A stretch of DNA of 64,000 nt from the human T2T-CHM13v2.0 reference genome, Homo sapiens. The stretch lies in NCBI RefSeq assembly GCF_009914755.1, contig NC_060931.1. The stretch is one strand, 5' to 3'. The translations under genes were made by a program, and so were the position numbers. The notes beneath the pieces were generated by a model. It searched no databases. It saw only the letters and a program-made list of their open reading frames with translations, and was not told the DNA's origin. Shown one piece after another: positions 35,186-51,135 of this stretch; position 1 is the first letter of the stretch, and the number at the start of each line of letters is the position of its first letter.

Positions 35186-35882
35186 ATTTAAAAACTTCGC
35201 ACGCACACACACACATATCAAAATTCAGGCTTTACTATAATCTACAAATACTTAAAAAAGTAATACCTACACTTCACAAACTCTTCCAAAAAACAAGAGC
35301 GAAGGAAAACTTTCTCTTTATTCTAGAAGGCTAGTGTTAGCCTGATTATCAAGTCAGGCAAAGGTACCACTAGAAAGGAAAACTATAGACCAATATGACT
35401 TATGAACATAGATGCAAAAATTTTCAATAAAATATAGCAACTTGACTCCAGAAACATACAAAAAGAGATTATACACCATGACCAAGTGAGATATAGCCCA
35501 GGAATGTAAGACTGGTTTAACATCTGAAAATCAGTGAAAATGATGTACCATGTTAATAAAATAAAGGACAAAAAATCACATTATCATCATAGTAGAAATA
35601 GGAGAAGCATTCACAAAATCTAATATACTTTCATGATAATACTCAACAACTTAAGAATAGAAGGAAACTTCCTGAAGCTGATAAAGGGCACATGAAAAAA
35701 AACCCACAGATAACATCATACTTAATGGGGAAAAATTGAATATATTCTTCTAAAATCGAGAAGAAAATAAGGATGTCCATACTGACTGCTTCTATTCAAC
35801 ACTACACTGTGATTCTAGCCAGAGATATTAAGCAAGAAAATAAATAAAAACCATACACATTGGAAAAGAAGAAGTAAAACTA

Positions 35883-36287
35883 TGTCTTCATTTGTTTTGT
35901 GTTTCTACAACATCTGAGACTGAGAAATTTATAAAGAAAAGAAATGTATCTGGCTCACAATTTTGGAGGCTGGAAAGTCCAGAGGCATGGAACCAGCATC
36001 TGCTTGTCATCTGGTGAGGGCCATATTGCTGTGTCATTCCAATGACAGAAGATGGAAGAGCTACTGAATGCATGAGACAGAAAGAGAAAGAGGGCCAAAG
36101 TCATCCTTTTTCTTATGAACTCACTTTTATGATAACTAACCCCCTCCCTGATAACAGTAATGACATTAATTCATTCATAAGGGCTGCCCTTATGATCTAA
36201 TCCCCTTCTTAAAGGACTCACCTCTTAATATCACAATGGCAATGAAATTTCAACATTAATCTTGGAGGGGACATTCAAACCACAGCA
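35883..36287 (-). mobile_element. MST (C/D-like) solo LTR
   Basis: tgtctt...ctgagactg...ggctcacaattttggaggctggaaagtcca...ggacattcaaaccacagca. Confidence 0.85.
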
Positions 36288-36574
36288 CTATTTTTATTGA
36301 CAGATGGCATCATTTGGTATAAAGAAACTTCTAAGAAATCACACAGACACGCAGACACACACACACACACACTACTACCCCTAATAAAGGAGGATAGTAA
36401 GATTATATGATACAAGATGAACAAAATCAATTGTATTTCTACATGCTAGCAGTGAAAAATCTGAGAATAAAATTAAAGAAACACCTCATTTATAATAATA
36501 TTAAAATAAAAACTTAGAAATAAAATAAACATAAGAAGTGAAAGAATTGTATGCCAAAATTATACATTATTTAA

Positions 36575-36940
<366 letters not shown>

Positions 36941-37734
36941 AAGAAATCTTAATAGAAGATGGTAATACTCCTCAAATTGATCTGCAGATTCAATGCAATG
37001 CCTATCAAAATCTCAACTTGCTTTTTTGCAAAAATTGACAAGATTATTTTAAATTTTAACACTATGAGCTTGCCAAAATCTTTATTCTGTTTTTCAATAT
37101 CTTTCTGCTTTTAGCATGTTAGTCACCTTCTGCAAAGTTTCAGAATGTCTTAAATGTCCTGATGGGGGATATACAAGAATAATGTTCAATTTGTTGTTCA
37201 TCTCTACTCACCAATATATTCACCCTCAAACTTCTAGCAAACTGGGAATTCCAAACTCCATTTTTTTATCTCACCAGTTTCAAGAGATTTTCACATGCTC
37301 TACTGGCTTTTTTCCCCCTTAGCCTTGTCCCTCTGACTCATGACCCATTCCAAAATCAACAAATTCCCTGAAGGGTAAGGTAACACACAGAATGCTAGCT
37401 TACCTCTCTGCAGATTTTTCTCTCCATTACTTTAACTCATGAGATCTCGTGTCTCAGGAGCTCTCCAATGCCTTGTTTTTGGTTTTGTATGCCTTTCCTA
37501 GTTTCCTCAGCAAAAGTGATGGTTCAGGACTAATTTCTCTGTTCTGAAGTGAAATAGAGTTCTCAATTTTCTTTCTTAAAAATGTATTTCTTTTCAGTTA
37601 TAATTCTCCTACTTATCATCACTGGCTATATTTCAGTTTCCTTTCCTAGTCCCTCTTATTAACCTGTACAATTTTACTGTTTCAAGAATCTTCCCTGAAT
37701 TTTTTTTCTTTTTTATGTGCATTTCTAAGCAGCT

Positions 37735-38430
37735 TTACCCAGTCTCATGGCTTGAAATCCTGTTTATGAGCAAATGTCTCCCAAATTCTTATTTCCCATC
37801 CTGATCACCCTCTCAAAGCCTAGACAACTATATCAACCTTCTACTTGTTATGTTCACTGAGAGAGTTTACTTGGCATCTTAGTCTTATTAAGATGGAAAT
37901 GAGAAATCTCAAATTCATAAATCTCAAAGCTGTTACTTCTACCATTTTACTCATCTCAGTAAAAGGCACCAAAATCCACTCAATTGTGTTAGCCAAAATT
38001 CCAGGTTTTCTTGAGTGACTTTTCTCACCTTCTACATTGATGGCATCAGGTTCAGTAAGCTCTCCCATTAAAATGTGACCCAGTCTATTCAATGTATCCA
38101 TCTCCACTATTACTACCTAGTCCAATCCACTCATATGTTGCCTGCATTATTAGGGTCACCAGTCTCATTGCTTCTGTTCTTGCATAAACCCGTCACCACC
38201 ATTATCATTTTCTCATGGCAAGCAGAGTGATTTTTTTTATATATTAGGTGGTTATATCACTCTTGTATTTGAAACCCTCCAAATGCTTGAAAACAGGTAA
38301 AATCATAACCCTAGTTAATACACTTTTAAAAGGTTCTGCCTATGACTTCTTTTTTTTCAGTTTTTACCAGCCTTGTATTTGTCCTTCCCTCCAGCCAAAC
38401 TCACCTTCTTTTTTTTTTTTGAAAGATAAT
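37735..38430 (+). mobile_element. L2 (ORF2 3' region)
   Basis: tctcatggcttgaaatcctgtttatgagcaaatgtctcccaaatt...catctcagtaaaaggcacca..atccactcaattg...tctccactattactacctagtccaa. Confidence 0.75.
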
Positions 38431-38599
38431 TCAGTAGTTACTGCCCGGTACTTTTAAACAATTTGTTCTTTTTGATAAACTCAACACTCCTCCTTCATTA
38501 ACAAACACGTGAAATATAAACAGTGTATACTTCCTTTACTAGTATGTATGTTTGTGTTTTTACATTTATTCCTAAAGCCAGCATTATTTTTTTAATAGT

Positions 38600-40250
38600 C
38601 AAACATTGGAATATTTCCATCAATTCAGGAATAAGAAAAAAATATCTATTTTCTTTACGATATTTAACATTGTTATAGAAGTACTGGCCAAATAAATTTC
38701 AACGTAGAATTAAATAAAAGGCACAAATATTGGAAAATAAGATTTAAACAGTTTTATTTGCCAGAAATATGATTTTATACACATTGAATCCAAGAGCATC
38801 AAATAGCCATCAGAACTAAATGAGAATTAGTTATTTAATTGGTTAAAGATTAACATGTTTAAATCCACAGGTTTCCTTTCTGAAAATTATAATAATTTAG
38901 AAAATATTATGAATAGTTATGACATTTGCATTGCTAAACATATACCTCAGGATAAAGTGAACAAAAATTTCAATACCCATATCAGGAAAAATTTAAAACT
39001 CTACTGAAGTGTACCAAAGGCATCTTGAGGAAATTGAGAGGCATGCTTTTCTTAGGCAGAAAGAGCAATATGATTACGTCAATTATTTATAAAGCAGTCA
39101 CGGCTGGGCGCGGTGGCTCATGCCTGTAATCCCAGCACTTTGGGAGGCCGAGGCGGGTGGATGATCTGAGGTTGAGACCAGCCTGGCCAACATGGCGAAA
39201 CCCCGTCTCTACTGAAAATCCAAAAATTTAGCCGGGCTTGGCGGCAGGCGCCTGTAATCCCTGCTACTTGGGAAGCTGAGGCAGGAGAATCGCTTGAACC
39301 TGAGAGGCGGAGGCTGTAGTGAGCTGAGATCTGCCACTGCACTCCAGCCTGGGCGACAAAAGCCAAACTCCAGATCAAAAAAATCAATCAATCAATCAAT
39401 AAAATTAAAAAAATAAAGCAGTCACACACACACACACAAATGTAAAATGTACTTTGAAAGAAATCTGGTAATGAATGTGGGAATGAAGAGGATATTGTAG
39501 CCCTGTTTTTAAAATATATGAAATGAAACTTCACAATATTAATGTTTGGTACTAGAAAACAAGTCAGGTTTATGGTATAACCCAAAATTATAAGACTGTC
39601 TAGCACATAAGTGTGATAGAGTTTCATAGCAGTGGAAAAAGTAGACACTGTTTAACAAACTTTTGTTAGGAACTACTTTGCTGCTTAATATAAGGACGTA
39701 TTCCTAATACCCTTCTTGTAGGTATTTTAAACAAAACATATGAGTGAACCTAACATTAAAATAGAGTTTTCGTATCATAATTTAATAGCCAGAAGGCAAA
39801 AAGTAAAAAAACAACAAAAAAGACTGATGATAGATACTATTATAAATATTGCTAGTAGGATTGTAAATAACCTTCTGTAAAGAAAATGTAACACTCTCTG
39901 TCATAACTTAAATGTGCATATACTTTGACCCAGAAGTTCCGCTTCAGGGAATTTTTCTCATTCATATCCTAATGTGAATGAAAAGGTTGTGAACAAGGTT
40001 TTACACTGAAATAACATAACTGAACATAAGTAATGAAATTATTTATTATAAAGTTGTATAATGAGATTAAATATTACACTGTCATCAAAAATAATGAAAT
40101 AGAACTCTGGGTACAGAAAAACAGAGAGTATTTTTTAATAAGTGAAACAAGGCAAGTTGTCGGAGTATATGATAGAGATGCTATATATATTAATATGAAT
40201 ACAGATTACGAATATGCCTATGAGTGATTGTTTATGAATATTCATGAAAT
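38600..40250 (+). mobile_element. Decayed old L1M ORF2/3' region, interrupted by an Alu
   Basis: tatttaacattgttatagaagtactggcca...aaatgtgcatatactttgacccagaagttccgcttcagggaat. Confidence 0.65.
39102..39412 (+). mobile_element. AluS with (ATCA)n tail and 13-bp TSD
   Basis: TSD ATAAAGCAGTCAC at 39089-39101 and 39413-39425; small deletion in the B-box region (gaggttgagacc). Confidence 0.93.
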
Positions 40251-40399
40251 ATACACTCCATATTGATAGCAAATGCCATCTTGGCAGCATTTCATTCATT
40301 TAGTTATTCTCTAACACTCTATGGATTTAAAGCTTCATATCTTCATTTTTATACTTCATTTTTATATGATGTATGATTTTATGTCAACCCAAACTCATG

Positions 40400-41900
<1,501 letters not shown>

Positions 41901-43292
41901 TAACAGTGCTGATTCCTTTCATTGCTTCATATAATCAATTTAAAGTGCTTTTCTGTTTTACTAGTAACTACCTTTTTTCTATGTAAGATCTCCTTATTGT
42001 TGTGGTTCTGTCATATTGGTCTTTCTCAGATGCTCTTTCTCTCAATTTCTACGAACCCGATCTGGCCTGTCTTTGGGAAGCTGCATCTGTTTCTTCTGTG
42101 GCTATAGTGGAGTGACCTGCAGTGGTTGGACTATTCAGTGTTCCCCCGTGGGACTGTGCAGCCTTTTGAAATAGCCTTGTCTATGGCAAGCACTTGGCTT
42201 ACCCATGCAATATCACTTGTCAGGCATGCCTTACAGCTTCAGTCCACTGTGAATTCCTCTTCCTCTTCAGGAGCTTGCCTGTATATCACTTAGCTTAATG
42301 TTTATCTGGGCTTTTTCAGGTTACATGCAGGTGAGGGAGATTTCAGCATGAGTTCACTATCTGGTAAGATGAATTTACCATATCACTTTTGTAATAAAAA
42401 TATTTTAAGCTTAAAATATCTACACAGTGCCTGGAATATATTAATTTCCTTGTAAATGTCTGTTGAACTGAAATAAATATTATAGTTTCAAATAATTAAA
42501 TTTGATAAGCATAGAATTTGATGCTTGATCCAATTTATCTTTTTCAAAATCAAACAATCCTTTACTACTGTCAATTTCCAGACAATACACACTCTTATAA
42601 TAATATAATGCCATTTAGTTTACTGAATGACAGAGTATGCCAGAGTACAGCTTCCTAGCCATAAAATCTGGATCTATCACATGCTCTTTTCATAGAAATT
42701 CTAATATTTTTCTATTATCAGTTTCACAATTCATCTATTTTTTACACGAAAAAACATATAACATTTTAGTGTGTCTTTTTTCATTGACTATCCTCAAATC
42801 ATAATCATATATTGCAAATTAAAAATTGGCCTTTACTTGACAGAGGGGAGAAATATTTTCTTTGCTCATACCTTTTATGGTATGACCTAAAAAGTTATAG
42901 ATGTCCATGCTCGGAAACTCACTCTTACTTGACAACTTTTTCCAATGATTACACTTTACTTCCCTCTTGCTCCATAAGTTCCACAATAACCTTTGCTCAA
43001 AAGTAATGGAATGTAACCTGAAGATATAAAGAAGTTTGCTTTTGAGATAAACTCTGAAGTTAGCTTTCTACAAAAGTAGGCACACCTTAAAGCATCTGAA
43101 CAATTCAGTATTATCATATATTGGGCTGTCTCAAAGAAAGGGAGATTTTCATATTCTTCTCATATATAGAATGTTATCTCCCAAAGTTTGAACCATAGAG
43201 AGACCATATGCTAAGAAAAATGTCAATCCCTTTTAAGAACCTTGTAGAAATGCTTTATAGACCTGGCAAAGTACTTTGAACTCTCAAGCTAG

Positions 43293-43682
<390 letters not shown>

Positions 43683-44007
43683 TAAATGCTCTGTGTTCCC
43701 TAAAATACTTGCCACAACCTCATGGCCAATGTGTCCATAGAATGATTTTGTATGATACAATACCTTCCTAAAAGTACACGTTACTTAAAAACAACATAGA
43801 GCAGCTCAGGGCAATAGAGTAATAACGCAGTTAAATGTTAACATTATCTGTTATTTTGATTCATTTTTATGCCAGATAAACCACATCAGAGAGATGTTGC
43901 TTCAATTTTAGATTTGCAACTATTTTCCTTTCCTCTGTTCCCATAGTTTATGTGGAAAATTTATTGATTTCAGATTACTTTCCCTACCACTGACAAGCTT
44001 AATTCTT

Positions 44008-44386
44008 TAAATTTAATTTAATTTTTCATTTCCATAGTTTTTAGTGTACAGGTGGTTTTTCGGTTACATAGATAAGTTCTTTAGTGGCGATTTCTGGGAT
44101 TTTGGTGCAACATATCATCTGAGCATTGTACACTGTACCCAATGTGTAGTCTTTTATTCCTCAACCCCCTCCTACCCTTCCCCTCCAAGTCTCCAAAGTC
44201 CACTATATCATTCTTATGGCTTTGTATCCTCACAGATTAGCTTCCTCTTATAAGTGAGAACATATATGATATTTGCTTTTCCATTCCTCAGTTACTTCAC
44301 TTAGAATAATGTCCTCCAGCTCCATCCAGGTTGCTGCAAAAAACATTATTTTGTTCCTTTCTATGACTAAGTAGTACTCCATGGGC

Positions 44387-44433
<47 letters not shown>

Positions 44434-44447
44434 GCACACATATATAT

Positions 44448-44487
<40 letters not shown>

Positions 44488-46437
44488 CTATCTCACATTT
44501 TATTCCACTCGCTAGTTAATGGGCACTTAGGTTGGTTCCATATTTTTCCAACTGTGAATCATGCTGCTATAAACGTGTGTGTGTGTATCTTTTTCATATA
44601 ATGATTTTTTTAATCCTTAGGCAGATACCCAGCAGTGGGATTGCTGGATTGAATGGTAGTACTACTGTTAGTTATAGAAGGTACTCCATACTGTTTTCCA
44701 CAGTGGTTGTAGTAGTTTACATTCTCACCAGCAGTATAAAAGTGTTCCCTTTTCACCACATCCACACCAACATCTATTATTTTTTGACTTTTTAATTATG
44801 GCTATTCTTGCAGGAGTAAGGTAGTATCTCATTGTGGTTTTAATTTGTATTTCTCTGATAATTAGTGATACTGAGCATTTTTTCATGTGTTTGTTGGCTA
44901 TCGTATATCCTCTTTTGAGAATTGTCTATTCATGTCCTTTGCCCACTCTTTCATGGGATTACTTGTCTTTTTCTTGCTGATCTGTTTGAGTTCCTGTAGA
45001 TTCTGGATATTAATCCTTTGTTAGATGCAGTTTGTGAATATTTTCTCCCACTCTGTAGGTTTTCTGTTTACCCTGCTGATTATTTCTTTTGCTGCACTGA
45101 AGCTTTCCAGTTTAATTAGTTCCCATTTATTTATTTTTATTTTTATTGCATTTGCTTTTGGGTTATTGTTCATGAATTCTTTGCCTAAGCCAATGTCTAG
45201 AAGAGTTTTTCTGATGTTATCGTCTAGAATATTTATGGTTTTGGGTCTTAGATTTGAGTCTTTGATCCAGCTGTAGCTGATTTTTATATTAGTTAAGAGA
45301 TGAGAATCCAGTTTCATTCTTCTACATGTGGCTTGCCTGTTTCCCAGCCCCATTTGTTGAACAGGATATCCTTTTCCCGACTTATGTTTTTGCAGGCTTT
45401 GTCAAAGATCAGTGGGCTGTAAGTATTTGGATTTTTTTAATTGATTCTCTGTTCTGTTCCATTGGCCTTCATGCCTATTTCTATACCAGTACCATGCTGT
45501 TTTGGTAACTATAGCCTTGTAGTGTGAAGTCAGTTAATTTAATGCCTCCAAATTTGTTCTTTTTGCTTAGAATTGCTTTAGTTATGCAGGCTGTCAATAT
45601 CCCTGATGAACATGGATACAAAAATCCTCAACAAAATACTAGCTAACTGAATCCAACAGCATATCAAAAGGATAATACATCATTATTAAGTGGGTTTCAT
45701 ACCAGGAATGCAGGGATGGTTTAGCATATACAAGTCAATAATTGTGTTTATGTGACATATCACATAAACAAAATTATAAACAAAAATCATTATCATCTCA
45801 ATAGAAGCAGAAAAATAACTTGATAAAATCCAGCATCTTTTTATGATAAAGACCCTCAACAAAATAGGAATAGAAGGGACATTCCTGAAAGTAATAAAAG
45901 CCATCTGTGACAAACCCACAGCCAAGATAATACTGAATGGGGGAAAGTTGAAAGCATTTCCCTTAGAACTGGAATAAGACAAGGATGCCCACTTTCACCA
46001 CTTCTATTCAACATAGTACTGGAAGTCCTGGCGAGAGCAATCAGACAAGAGAGAGAAATAAAGGGCATCCACATTGGAAAAGAGGAAATGAAACTGTCAC
46101 TGTTCACCAATGATATGATTGTATACCTAGAAAACTCAAAAGATTCATCCGAAAAGCTCCTAGATCTGATAAACAAATTCAGTAAAGTCTCAGGGTACAA
46201 AACCAATGCACACAAACAAGTAGCACTGCTTTATACCAACAGTGACAAAGCTGAGTATCAAATCGAGAAATCTATCCATTTTACAAAGGCTGCAAAAACA
46301 AACAAACAAACAAACTTAGTATCATACTTAGCCAAGGATGTAAAAAATCTGTACAAGAAAACCTATGAAACATGGCTGAAAGAAATCACAGATGCCACAA
46401 ATATAGAGGGGTAGAATCAATATTGTGAAAATGACCA
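44008..46437 (-). mobile_element. 5'-inverted L1PB-like element: 3' part on - (44008-~45593), inverted ORF2 piece on + (~45594-46437)
   Basis: L1PB-type 3' end (ggttacatagataagttctttagtggcgatttctgggattttggtgca). ORF2 remnants 45021-45353(-) and 46088-46414(+). Strand switch at atgcaggct|gtcaatatccctgatgaac. Confidence 0.9.
44387..44483. repeat. Compound (TA)n(CA)n microsatellite inside the L1 3' UTR
   Basis: Read directly from the sequence. Confidence 0.93.
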
Positions 46438-46444
46438 GAAAATA

Positions 46445-46660
46445 ACTTCCTTTAGCATTTCTTACAGGACAAGTCTAGTACTGATGAACATCCTTAGCTT
46501 TTGTTTTGTGGTAAGTTTTTTATATCTCCTATTTTTTTTTTTAAGAATGATTTTGTCAGGTATAATATTCTTGGTTGGAGGTTTTTTCTTTTAGCACTTT
46601 GAATATACCATCACACTCCTTTCTGGCCTGCAAGGTTTCTGCTTAGAAATCCACTGACTT
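46445..46660 (-). mobile_element. Separate old L1M fragment (ORF1 3' region)
   Basis: cctttagcatttcttacaggacaagtctagt...ttagcactttgaatataccatcacactcctttctggcctgcaaggtttctgct.agaaatccactga. Confidence 0.75.
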
Positions 46661-46949
46661 TACACCCTGCTTTTCCAGGAAACATTAGTATAAATCTGTC
46701 TAGTTATTCATATTAAATTTTCTAAAAATATAAAATGATATTTTTTCTCAACATTTATAATTTTAGCATTAACTAACATTCACCACTAAGTACTGTATTT
46801 GGCCTTGAGAGTTGAGTTAAATATTTTGTTGGGCAAGAATCAGAGGTGAGGTATAAAACACATTGTTGTGCTAAAAGGACCATGCAGATTATCCAACAAA
46901 GTTTTTCATTGCTAAAATATTACATCATATCCTGTATAAATGATCCATG

Positions 46950-47105
46950 ATAATAATACTAATATTTTACATTTATTACACATTTGCCAGGTTCTATGCC
47001 AAATGTTTATGTTATTATTTTACTAATACTTGGGGCAATCCTATAAAGTAAGTACTATTGTTATCCCATTTTATAGATGATAAAACTGTGGCTTATAGAG
47101 GCTAT
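46950..47105 (-). mobile_element. MIR
   Basis: aatcctataaagtaagtactattgttatcccattttatagatgataaaactgtggctt. Confidence 0.75.
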
Positions 47106-47799
47106 CAGGATCTGTCTGAAAACAAATAAGAAGTTGCTGAAGAGAGGTGAAGGAAGGTGTTAAAGGAACCAACAAGGTACAAGACTAGGAACAGTAAAAA
47201 GTTATCATACCTCTAGGCTTGAGTGACAAGGAGAAACAAGATTATCTGAAATCAGTTAAGAGCCGAAATGGTGTAAAAAGCAATATGTTTCTGAAAGTAC
47301 AGTTACCATCAAACAAGAACCCTAGGTTTCAGATTCCCAGGCAACTTATCTTTTCACTGCAGCCCAAGGGCAGAGCTTCAAGAAGTATCCAGTTTAGTTA
47401 TGGTCATTTTCTCTGGGTTTAGCACCTTGCTTTTCCCGCAGAAAAGTAGGGTCTGAAGCATTAACTGCAATAGGAGTATAGCAGTTAAGCACTGGGTTCC
47501 GGTGAGCGTCACTTGCTTATGAAAATCAGATACACCATCTCAAAGGCTGTTCATTCTTAGAGGCCCTTGGAGAGGAGCAGGAATGCAAATCAAAGAAAAG
47601 CATGATAGCTTGAAATGAGAAGCAGAAATAGCCTGGTAAACATTCCACAGTAATCTTATAAGAACCATCAATACGTGTCTTCTAACAAATTGACTTGATA
47701 CACTTTATTGCGCTCTACACAATGCTGAACACTTCTGAAACCTTTTCTAGAGCCTGTATTTCTAGAGGCTATGTTTTCTAGAGTTGTGGGCCAACATGC

Positions 47800-48190
47800 C
47801 TATGTCAAGAGGAAGGGAAGTAAAAAATGTGAGGTTCTGAAAAGCCTGTTTATTAGTTAAAGAAATAGAGATCTTTATCCAAGAAGAGAAAAAAAAAATC
47901 AGTGGAGTCAAGTAGTATAAAAAAATCCATAATTGCCATGGGAAAAACTGGGGCTTAAATGAGAAAAAATAAATAAATTAAAAAACGACTTAGTTTTATG
48001 TTAAAAAACATGGCTCTAATTATAATTCAAAATGCTAAATTCTGTCTAAAAACAAAATGGATTGTCTTGCAAGGTGATGAATTCCTCATCCCAGGAAGTA
48101 TTTCAGCAGGATGTCATGAAAGGGCTTCCTATATTCAAATATCTTACAAGATTATCTCAAAAATACTTTTGAAGTACATGTAAGATTCTG
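47800..48190 (+). mobile_element. L3/CR1 3' remnant
   Basis: aaatggattgtcttgcaaggtgatgaattcctcatcccaggaagtatttcagcag...aagattct resembles the L3 3' end. Confidence 0.55.
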
Positions 48191-48965
48191 GGCAATGTCA
48201 CAAAAGTATAATCTTTAGAACATTGCAGGCCTCTGTATGATCTCTTATCTTGCAAGGAAACATTTGCCTAGACAGTTCAGCTGGCTGAAAATGAGTTTCT
48301 AAAAGTTTCCAGAAAAGAAATTTTAAAAATATGCTTTCTTCTAAATTATATTGTTATGAATTCTAAGTAAATACCAAAAAACTTCAATAGGACTTTGCCA
48401 AAATTTATATTGCTTTTATTGTTCTATTTTCATTTGATTAGCTCTCTGCAGTGTACATCAACCCTTTAGCCAGAATGCAGAGACAATGAGAAATTTAACA
48501 TTTTTCTCCCATTAACATTCTATCATTAGGGCTGAGCAAGTTAAATTTCCACTGGTTCAGTGTGCTCTGCATAAGATAGCAGAAATCTTCCACATTGAGG
48601 GAGTTCTTCAGGGTACAGGATATCATATCACTAATGTATTATCTGCTGAATGTAGTCTTCATTTTGGAGTATAATGAGAGAATAAACGATTGTCTGGGCT
48701 TGGAGTAGATGACACATATGGGATTTTGCTTGAACAAAAGGAATTACAATCACCTAATGGTTGGAAGGAGTTCTAAATATCTACAGATCAGATATTTCTT
48801 CTAAGATGAAATTGCTACTTACAGTTAACCAGATAATTTCTCAGTTTGAATTGTGGGTCATTGAGGGTCAAGGGCAGCAGCCGTACAGCCACAGATAATA
48901 GCTAAGTCTTGCTAAATATCAGCACCCTCTGAAATCCTACTAAAACGTGTCCAATGGGAAATAAG

Positions 48966-49078
48966 TTATTTTCTGCCGTTCTGATTAGCAGTCATCTCTT
49001 TTTCCCATGTGTTCTTGGGGAAAAAATTTATTTTCTGCCTTTCTGATTAGCAGTCATCTCTTTTTCCCATGTGTTCTT
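48966..49078 (+). repeat. Two-copy tandem duplication (51-bp core, 62-bp period)
   Basis: 48966-49016 and 49028-49078 are identical except for one base. Confidence 0.95.
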
Positions 49079-49977
49079 TAAGTGTCCAGAAACTCTAGGG
49101 TCTCTTTCCCCTTCTCCTGTTAAAATCTTTCTAAAGAAGAAAGCTGAGAGACTCATACAACTCATAGTGATCTCAGGTACATTTGTATTTTAAAAGCACT
49201 TAATTTTATTTTGTTGCTCTTAAAACTTGTATTTACCTTATCTTAGCTACTGTATCACCATAGGAATAGTTCAATAAGACAAATGATGCTATTATTTTAG
49301 TGATGTATACACTACAATAAGATAAATACAAACTTGAGTTGTACATGCTATAACCTAGTACATCTGCAAACATATATACATGCATATACACATTCAGTCA
49401 AAAAGAGAATCCAGAAAGCACTCATTTTACTTTATTTTAACCCACAGAATACAAACCTAAATGACTAAGACTACAAAAGGCCATTTAAGGCGCTGGTCAG
49501 AAGGCCCCACAGGACAGTAGCTATGTAACTAGAATATTCTTAACCCCACTTGTGCCTTTGCATCAGCTGAAGTATTTCCCAGGTTAACAAAATACAGAAT
49601 ATTAGTGTTTGAGGCAATCATAGCAAATTTGTTCAAGTCTCTCAACCTGGAGATAAAAATGCAAAACAAAATAAAACACAACAACAGCAACAAAACCCTG
49701 AGACTCAAAAAGATGTAGGAATTGATTGTCACAAAACAACTGTCCAGTGTCAAAATCAAAATGAAAACTCAGATTTTTCCTACTTGTAGTCTTCAAAATA
49801 TTTATATACCCCTTCATTCATTCTTTGATATTCTGCATTTTTATGTAATATCTTGAAGTTATGTGGATATTCTTTTTATGTGAGAAATTTAAGTGAAGAT
49901 GTGATTTTTAAAGTAGAATTATGGTAATATTATATATAAAAATGTATTTTTTAAGGAAAATATTTTGATGAGTGCAT

Positions 49978-49979
<2 letters not shown>

Positions 49980-50019
<40 letters not shown>
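49980..50019. repeat. (GT)20 microsatellite
   Basis: Perfect run. Confidence 0.97.
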
Positions 50020-50020
<1 letters not shown>

Positions 50021-51135
50021 GGCAGGAGCAAGAAATTAATGTTTCAGAGTAAAGATGTGTTTTTATGCTATTAAGTACAACTCAAGTGTGTATTTATCAT
50101 ATCATAATGTATAAATCACTAAAATAAGTGACTACCTTTGTTTTATTGTCTTTTGTCTTATTGAGCTATGCCTATGGTAATACAATAACTAAGATAAGGT
50201 AAACACAAGTTTTAATAGGACTTGCTATAATCTAGCATATTTGCATATGTATAGCCACACATATATATATATTTTCAATCAAAGAGAGAATCCAAAAAGC
50301 AACTATGTAAACATAATTTAACCAGAATATGAAATCATTCTCAAAAATTAGATATTTTTCCAATATTTCAACCACATTTAACAACTTTGTAAAATATTGA
50401 AAATACTGACTTAGTAGAAAAACTTTCTTCCATCAATTCTATATATTCATCAAAATACAACACTGTCATTCTCCAAAATTTTATCAGTACTTCTATAATT
50501 CATGTCAGTGACAACTTGTCATTAAAAGCTGTTTTTAATAAACTATCAAAAGCACTACAAGGGGAGAGGGGGTTGTAAAGAAATAAAAATAAAAAAGCTT
50601 AAAATTGAGTTGATGCAAAATTAGATTATCCCCCTAAAAAATATAATGCAAATCATCATTGATAACTTGATTATAGGCAGGAAGTACATTATAGTCTTTG
50701 CATCTCAAAATCAGAAGCTGTCAAATGATGCTTGTGGGTTGATATTATTTTGAAGTTATATTGTGATTATTAGACACATTCTCAAATATTTGTTTGTAAT
50801 TTATCTTTATTTGCAAAATAATAACCAGGCATGAAAGCTGAAATTTAAAAAGTGTCCAGAAAATGAAAATAGAGGAAAGCATTAAAGCTGCTGCCTATGA
50901 TTAATTTCTTTCTCATTTCTCTGGGAAAGAAAAAAAAAAAGCAGATGACTCAGATTAATTTCCTTATAAATTTGATGGTAATTGGACTTCCTGATATATA
51001 GACTATTTGTGTTTGCTAAGAGAAGAGCCTTTATCTATAGAAAGGTTTTATTAAGAGAATCCTGGATTAAGATTGCTTATAGTGAACAAATATAGAACCT
51101 GTGGATTCAGCAGGCATGACTCCATGGAAAATGTC

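Noticed and set aside
42400-42419. Perfect 20-bp palindrome ATATTTTAAGCTTAAAATAT (and the 10-bp-arm hairpin at 11027-11051)
   Set aside because: 10-bp arms are not unexpected in 64 kb of AT-rich DNA.
47744-49078. Short direct repeats with spacers as a CRISPR-like array
   Set aside because: Only 2-3 units, wrong unit and spacer sizes, eukaryotic context and no cas genes.
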